The position numbers and the translations under genes were made by a program. The notes under the pieces are model-generated. The model saw nothing but the letters and a program-made list of their open reading frames with translations. It had not been told where the DNA came from and did not search any database. Source: Candidatus Zixiibacteriota bacterium (GTDB taxonomy: Bacteria > Zixibacteria > MSB-5A5 > GN15 > JAAZOE01). From it: a stretch of DNA of 64,000 nucleotides. The stretch spans positions 128,001 to 192,000 of the forward strand of contig JBDREQ010000025.1 in assembly GCA_043819555.1 (NCBI GenBank), in the 5' to 3' direction. Shown here piece by piece: positions 58,328 to 64,000 of this stretch. The first letter of the stretch is position 1; each line of letters starts with the position of its first letter.

Positions 58328-60144
58328 TGCGGAAAATTATTTTCATATTCATTTTCACCATGACCTTCATCTCGGCCAATGTCTGGTCGGGCGATGACGG
58401 CGGTACCGAGTCGGTATTCAGTATTGGCGGAGGCGCTCGTGCGATGGGTATGGGAAATGGATTTATCGGACTGGCCGATGATGCTACCGCCATTTATTAC
58501 AATCCGGCCGGATTGACATCGCTGCAGACTCAACAGGTGTCGTTCCTCCACGCCGTGTTGTTTGAGGAAACTACTTATGATTTCATAGCTTACGCTTATC
58601 CCTCAACCTGGGGGACTTTTGGTTTCGCCGGGATGAGAATCGGCACCGATGATATCGGCCGGCGTGGCTCTGATTATTATGATCTGGGTAGATTCTCCGC
58701 ATCGCAAATGCAGTTACTCTTATCATATAGTCGATCTTTCCATAACCGATATTCGGCTGGGTTAACATTCAAAATGAATCATCAATCAATTGACAATTAT
58801 TCGGCATACGGATTTGGTTTTGATCTGGGCGGGCGGGCGAAAATTATTGAAAATCTCTATGCCGGTGCAGTTGTTCAGGATGTTATCGGAGCCAATATGC
58901 AATTGATAAGCGAAAAAGAAAGAACTCCGATTACTTATAAGACTGGATTATCTTATTTAGTTTCAAAGAAAAATTTCCCGGTAACTGGCCGCATAAATTT
59001 GGATTTGGAAAAGCCGGAAAATCGCTCCGTCAAATTGCGCACCGGATTTGAAGCATTGCATAATTCCGGTCTGGCCCTGCGGGCCGGGTATGACCGCGAC
59101 AATCCATCACTGGGGATGGGCATACAATATCAAAATCTGTTTGTCGATTACGCCTATAAATTTGTTGATCATTTGAGTGACAGCCATCGCTTCTCATTCA
59201 CGCTTAATTTTGGAATAACTCAAGAACAAAGTAATGCGCAGAGGGAGACATCCGAAAAAGAAAATATTCAAAATGCTTTGGCAGAAAATCGAAAACTGGC
59301 GCTCACAAAATATCTCAATCAAGCTAATGATTTCTATGATGCCGAAATGTACGATTCGGCAATGGCCGCATATTTCCGGGCTGATGCTTATTCCGAAGAC
59401 GAAGATAGAGAATTTATCACTTCACGGATTGAAGAAATAAATATCACCCTTGGCGGGTTGAACGGCTATCCGTCACGAACCGACACAATCATAACCGGAA
59501 ATACCGGAGTCGATTTAATTACTCAGGCCAGGATTTTATTCGAAGAAGGCGCCCTGATTCCGGCCCGAGATATGGTTCGTGTGGCCCGCCGATATAATAT
59601 TCAATCTGCAGACCTCGACACTCTCGATTTGGCGGTTAACTTTGCCATCAATAGAAAAATCAATACCAACCTTGAAATTGCCAATTCATCATTCGATAAT
59701 GGCGATTATGTTACGGCTTATGATAAATATAATACCGTCCTCATGTACGATTTCCAGAATGAACTGGGCCGAACGGGATCACAGTTGGCTGAGAAAAAAC
59801 TCAATCTGGCTCAGCATTTAAATCTCGGACTGGAATATTACAATCAAGGCAAGTACATATCTTCACAGCGCACTCTGCGGATGGTTCTTGGTTTGAATCC
59901 AGGGAACAAAACCGCGCAGGAATATTTGGATAAGATTGCCGAACGAATTCATCAATCGCCTTCGCTTGAAGACCTTCAAAAAGATACCCGGATTTGGAAT
60001 GTTTATCTCGAAGGTCTCGAATCCTTCCGTCGCGGCGAATATGAAAACGCGATTCGCCTTTGGGAAAACGTCCTGGAAGTTTATCCAAACAACAGAAATA
60101 CCATTGAGAATATCGAGCAGGCTCGACTGCGCCTCAAAAAATAG
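58324..60144 (+). CDS. PorV/PorQ-family outer-membrane barrel with C-terminal TPR region
   Basis: GARAMGMG...ADDATAIYYNPAGL, VDYAY...SHRFSF, then TPR helices; start overlaps the upstream stop. Confidence 0.82.
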   Translation: MMRKIIFIFIFTMTFISANVWSGDDGGTESVFSIGGGARAMGMGNGFIGLADDATAIYYNPAGLTSLQTQQVSFLHAVLFEETTYDFIAYAYPSTWGTFGFAGMRIGTDDIGRRGSDYYDLGRFSASQMQLLLSYSRSFHNRYSAGLTFKMNHQSIDNYSAYGFGFDLGGRAKIIENLYAGAVVQDVIGANMQLISEKERTPITYKTGLSYLVSKKNFPVTGRINLDLEKPENRSVKLRTGFEALHNSGLALRAGYDRDNPSLGMGIQYQNLFVDYAYKFVDHLSDSHRFSFTLNFGITQEQSNAQRETSEKENIQNALAENRKLALTKYLNQANDFYDAEMYDSAMAAYFRADAYSEDEDREFITSRIEEINITLGGLNGYPSRTDTIITGNTGVDLITQARILFEEGALIPARDMVRVARRYNIQSADLDTLDLAVNFAINRKINTNLEIANSSFDNGDYVTAYDKYNTVLMYDFQNELGRTGSQLAEKKLNLAQHLNLGLEYYNQGKYISSQRTLRMVLGLNPGNKTAQEYLDKIAERIHQSPSLEDLQKDTRIWNVYLEGLESFRRGEYENAIRLWENVLEVYPNNRNTIENIEQARLRLKK

Positions 60145-60245
60145 ATTGCGAACGAATTAACCAATTGCGCCAAAAGCCTTAAAAAATAAGGGTTTGATGG
60201 AATTTTTATTGATTTAATCACTCCTTTTTTTACTACATTGAATTT

Positions 60246-62288
60246 ATGTTCCGAAAGCCAATTAGAGAAACAGTGGCCGCATTTCCGGCTCAGGAAAACC
60301 AACTGGCCGGATTGAGGAAAACGGTTGAGGAAATTTGTCTTCAGGCTAATCTGTCCTCCAAAGATATCAATAATATAGCCCTGGCCATTGAAGAAGGCGC
60401 GACCAATATTATCCGCCACGCTTATATGTTCAGCGAAGGCGAAATACGGCTTAAGGTCGGCGTGTTTAAGCACTCGATAGTATTTTCATTATTCGATAAC
60501 GGCAAATCATTTCAACCTCCCGATAAATCAAAACTCGATCTGAAAAAAATGGCTGCCACAGGAAGAAAAGGCGGACTCGGCTTTTATCTCCTTAATAAAG
60601 TTATGGATCGTGTCGACTATTTTTCTCTTGAAGGCGAAAATGAACTTCGAATGACGAAATTTTTATCCGAGCAGGGAGAAAAGGAACTGGAATGGGGAGG
60701 GGGATTATCGCTCCGCGTCAAATTTTCAGCCTTTACATTTCTGATTGTTCTGGTACTTGTTATCGGCGCCTATATTTATATCAATTCACGCTCCGTTCAA
60801 TACATACAATCACAACTTGAAAATACCGTCAAAGCTCTTAGCAGTACGATCACATCGCAAGCCTCCGGTTTCATTATTAACCGCCGCTCCGATGCGGAAT
60901 TTGATGAATTAGTTGTATCTTATCAGCGGGCCAATGAAATTGTACGGGCCGTAATTATTGTCGATACCAACGGCATAATAATCGCTGATTCCCGCGGGCC
61001 GACCCGGTTATATACTAAGCTAGAAGATAAGCTATTACTTTTTATTGATAGAACTGAGGATAACAAAATATTCCCTTTTGAGGAAGGGCAACAAGTAATA
61101 GTAAGTCAAATAAATTTGGGAGGTTCTAATCTCGGATCAGTAGTTTTGGCATATTCATCGCTGGTCATGGAAGCGAAATTAAAAGATGCAAGAGAAATAA
61201 TTTTAATTATTACCGCTCTTGGTTTACTTATTGGCATTACCGGAATTTATCTACTGTCGAATTATTTTGTTCGTCCCATCGGGCGAATCGTATATCGGGT
61301 TCGCAAATTTGCCGAAGGTGATCTGGAAAGCCAACTGCCACTCAAAGGAGCCGGAGAGTTCTACGAGATTTCCAAGGCGCTCAATGAATTAATCATGAGG
61401 ATGCGCCGCGATCGGAAAAATATTATCGAGCGGGAAATCATGCAAAAGGAGATGCAGTTGGCCGAGGAAATCCAGAAAGCCCTTATCCCGACGCAGTTGC
61501 CTTCCATTGAGGGTTTTGATTTCGGCGCGATTTATAAATCCGCCCGAATGGTTGGCGGAGATCTATTTGATTTTGTCGAGATAAGCGAGCATACTTTTGG
61601 CGTGGTTGTCGCTGATGTGTCCGGTAAAGGCGTCCCGGGATCTCTGGTAATGTCAATGGTCAGAACGGCTATTAGACTGGAAGCCCGAAATTCCCAATCG
61701 GCCCGGGAAGTTTTGATAAAGGTCAATGATTATGTCTCCGGCAATATCAAATCAGGAATATTCGTCACAATCCTGCTGGCAATTGTAAATACAAAGTCCG
61801 GGAAAATAAATTTCGCTTCGGCCGGCCACAACCCTCTTCTGCACTTCAAACATAGTACCAGTGAGGCCAATTTTATCAATTCAGGGGGGATGCCGGTGGG
61901 ATTGAAGTCGGGCCGCAATAAGTTTACTGAGGCGATAAAATCATCCGAATTGGAATTAAAAGAAAACGACTTCATCGTTATTTATACCGATGGAGTAACC
62001 GAGGAGCGTGGCCGAAGCGACAAGGCTTACGGTACAGACAGAATTGTTGAAATTCTCAAAGAAAATCAGTCAGAATCCGCCGAAAATATTGCGCGTTTAT
62101 TCGAATCAGACATTGCCCGATTTGTCGGCAAGAACGATCAGCACGATGATATTACAATGGTAATTCTCAAGAAATGCCCTCCGGCCGGACTCCCGAGAGA
62201 ACCGCAGGCCAACAAAGATAAATCGACGCACCAAAATATCAATATCGATTCAATTAGTGTAAAATCAAAAACAGCACCCAAAAAATAA
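60246..62288 (+). CDS. Membrane sensor: RsbW-like kinase, TM, sensor, TM, HAMP, PP2C phosphatase
   Basis: EEGATNIIRHAY, DNG, GGLG; two TM segments; HAMP (RPI...GDL); VGGDLFD, ADVSGKG, YTDGVTE, DDIT. Confidence 0.88.
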   Translation: MFRKPIRETVAAFPAQENQLAGLRKTVEEICLQANLSSKDINNIALAIEEGATNIIRHAYMFSEGEIRLKVGVFKHSIVFSLFDNGKSFQPPDKSKLDLKKMAATGRKGGLGFYLLNKVMDRVDYFSLEGENELRMTKFLSEQGEKELEWGGGLSLRVKFSAFTFLIVLVLVIGAYIYINSRSVQYIQSQLENTVKALSSTITSQASGFIINRRSDAEFDELVVSYQRANEIVRAVIIVDTNGIIIADSRGPTRLYTKLEDKLLLFIDRTEDNKIFPFEEGQQVIVSQINLGGSNLGSVVLAYSSLVMEAKLKDAREIILIITALGLLIGITGIYLLSNYFVRPIGRIVYRVRKFAEGDLESQLPLKGAGEFYEISKALNELIMRMRRDRKNIIEREIMQKEMQLAEEIQKALIPTQLPSIEGFDFGAIYKSARMVGGDLFDFVEISEHTFGVVVADVSGKGVPGSLVMSMVRTAIRLEARNSQSAREVLIKVNDYVSGNIKSGIFVTILLAIVNTKSGKINFASAGHNPLLHFKHSTSEANFINSGGMPVGLKSGRNKFTEAIKSSELELKENDFIVIYTDGVTEERGRSDKAYGTDRIVEILKENQSESAENIARLFESDIARFVGKNDQHDDITMVILKKCPPAGLPREPQANKDKSTHQNINIDSISVKSKTAPKK

Positions 62289-62436
62289 TCTAAACCAAGA
62301 CTATTTTTTTTACCCCAGGAATAATTTCTCGGCCTTTCGAATTTTATAAATGCGAAATATTGGCGTAACGCGTTAAGAGTTATATACATGGAAGCACAGG
62401 TTGTATTTTGTGTTGGACAGTTATGCCCGTTTTTTG

Positions 62437-62464
62437 TTGACAAATTCCCATTCTGACTTATTCT
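62437..62464 (+). promoter_or_regulatory. Sigma70-type promoter candidate for the diguanylate cyclase
   Basis: TTGACA-N16-TATTCT. Confidence 0.5.
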
Positions 62465-62522
62465 ATATAATGAAGCAAAGTTTGCTAGAGTTTTTCATCA
62501 AAATTAGACAGGTTGGTTGCGT

Positions 62523-64000
62523 TTGGATAGCCTCACATTAAATATTATCCTGTTTCTGCTTGTAGCGATCCTCTTTGTGTTACTGATTATCAGGCAGAAA
62601 CAAATGCGCAAACTGAATCCGCTAAAGGATATTGAATCTGTTTTGGCGGGGATTGCGTCAAGCTTGATTAGCTGTCGCACCGAGGGCAAGATTCAAAGAG
62701 TCGCCAGTCAACTTTCCATGATTTTAATCAATCATTTAAAGGCTACTCAGATTCTTTTTTTCCGCCGCCAAAAAGGCAATATGGAAATGAATTACGTTTA
62801 TGGATTGAAAAATATTCGTCGCTCCCGCTATCGTATCCAAATTACAGATATGCTCCTGAAACAGCTCACTTCCGGGAAAATGGTCTTTAACATTACTGAG
62901 CTGGACGGAGATTTAAATAATGATTTGGAAAGCCTGTTGCTGGACAAGAAATTCAATTTGGTTTTTCCCATCTTTTGGAATGAAAATTTATTTGGCGTCT
63001 ATTTCATCAGAACTAATCTCCCGTTTAACCATCCCCTCATACATTTATTTTTGCTTTTCTTGAATCAGAACTTATCCATTGCTTATCACTTGACCCGGGT
63101 TGAATCGACTCAAAGAATGCTTGAGAGTAAATTGAAAAGCATTAAAATTCAAGATGACGCAAAAGAAAAAATATTGCCGGATCTTTCCCATGCAAATGAT
63201 CCCGGACATTTAATTGAAATGTTCAGTCATCGAAAAGTAGATGATTTGATGGCCAACATTTTTAAAAAGGTTAAAACTAGCTTAAAGGCGGAGAAATTAT
63301 TATTCCTCTCCAGACCGTATTCGGGAGTGCCGAATAATTTAAGATACTCTATTGGAATGGATCGTGAAGAGTATACAATCGATAGTAAGGACTTCGGCCA
63401 GATATTTGGGACCATGCAAAAACGGCAGATTTATGATATCCAAAAGATGTCTAAAACCAAAAATGAAAATATTCCCACCGATAGAATTTCTCATCTTGGC
63501 TTAAATTATATGTCCACTTTTTCTCTGGACGAAAAAGAGCAGGGATTACTCTTTTGGTCGGGGAAGAACGCAGACAGTCAGTCGGAATATAAAATACTGA
63601 ACCAGCTTGAGAGAGTTGCTCGTCGGGCCATGAATAATGCCCTGGAATTTGAAAAATATGAAGAGATGTCATATACCGATAGCCTCACCAATTTATATAA
63701 TCACCGTTACTTTATAAAGCGTCTCGGTGAGGAAATCCAACGCGCCAAAAGATTCAATCGCCGCGTCGGACTGTTGCTGTTTGATATTGATGATTTCAAG
63801 GTCTATAACGATAATTTCGGTCATCAGTGGGGCGACGAATTATTGCGCGGCATGGGAAATACATTATCCCGCTCGCTTCGTTCTATTGATATTGTCTCGC
63901 GTTATGGCGGCGATGAATTTTGCATTATAATGCCGGAAACGGATAAAATTACCTGCGGGATTTTTATGGATCGCCTTCGCCATGCAATAAGTTCCACCGA
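62523..64000 (+). CDS. Membrane-anchored diguanylate cyclase (GGDEF); runs off the window end and is absent from the ORF track
   Basis: Hand-checked open frame from TTG 62523: N-terminal TM, GAF-like middle, DSLTNLYNHRYF, DIDDFK.YND.FGH..GD, RSID I-site, RYGGDEF. Confidence 0.9.
   Translation, partial: MDSLTLNIILFLLVAILFVLLIIRQKQMRKLNPLKDIESVLAGIASSLISCRTEGKIQRVASQLSMILINHLKATQILFFRRQKGNMEMNYVYGLKNIRRSRYRIQITDMLLKQLTSGKMVFNITELDGDLNNDLESLLLDKKFNLVFPIFWNENLFGVYFIRTNLPFNHPLIHLFLLFLNQNLSIAYHLTRVESTQRMLESKLKSIKIQDDAKEKILPDLSHANDPGHLIEMFSHRKVDDLMANIFKKVKTSLKAEKLLFLSRPYSGVPNNLRYSIGMDREEYTIDSKDFGQIFGTMQKRQIYDIQKMSKTKNENIPTDRISHLGLNYMSTFSLDEKEQGLLFWSGKNADSQSEYKILNQLERVARRAMNNALEFEKYEEMSYTDSLTNLYNHRYFIKRLGEEIQRAKRFNRRVGLLLFDIDDFKVYNDNFGHQWGDELLRGMGNTLSRSLRSIDIVSRYGGDEFCIIMPETDKITCGIFMDRLRHAISST

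Noticed and set aside
1..64000. CRISPR array, rRNA, IS element, prophage or known riboswitch
   Set aside because: No spaced repeats, transposase, integrase or phage genes, or recognisable riboswitch consensus were seen by eye; an Rfam scan was not possible.

Overview
A bacterial chromosomal segment, probably from an FCB-group diderm lineage. Cohesin-like and T9SS-CTD proteins plus a PorV-family barrel are reminiscent of Zixibacteria-like genomes; this is inference only. 1-35.3 kb: flagellar cluster. It opens with a partner-switching module (PP2C-kinase fusion with an in-frame TAA near the window start, then a STAS protein) and a FleS/FleR-like sigma54 two-component pair. It continues with motAB, flgBC-orf-fliEFGHIJ, an opposite-strand cohesin/CTD gene, flgFGAHIJNK-csrA-small ORF-flgL-fliW, a TPR-GT2, fliC-fliD-fliS-orf-flgM and an HDOD gene. 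35.4-42.7 kb: glycan-modification genes (TPR-GT, acyltransferase, HisH/HisF paralogues plus N-acetyl-sugar amidotransferase, epimerase, DegT aminotransferase). 42.8-53.6 kb: housekeeping (tRNA-Val, thrS-infC-rpmI-rplT-pheST, zapB-like/zapA, rny, ymdB, folD). 54-64 kb: a 1447-aa CTD-bearing secreted protein behind a sigma54-type promoter and coupled to a PorV-TPR gene, then a membrane kinase-HAMP-PP2C fusion and a diguanylate cyclase cut off by the window end. Sigma54 and sigma28 promoters and CsrA sites are readable directly. No CRISPR array, rRNA or mobile element was seen. All calls are by eye; no database search was run.
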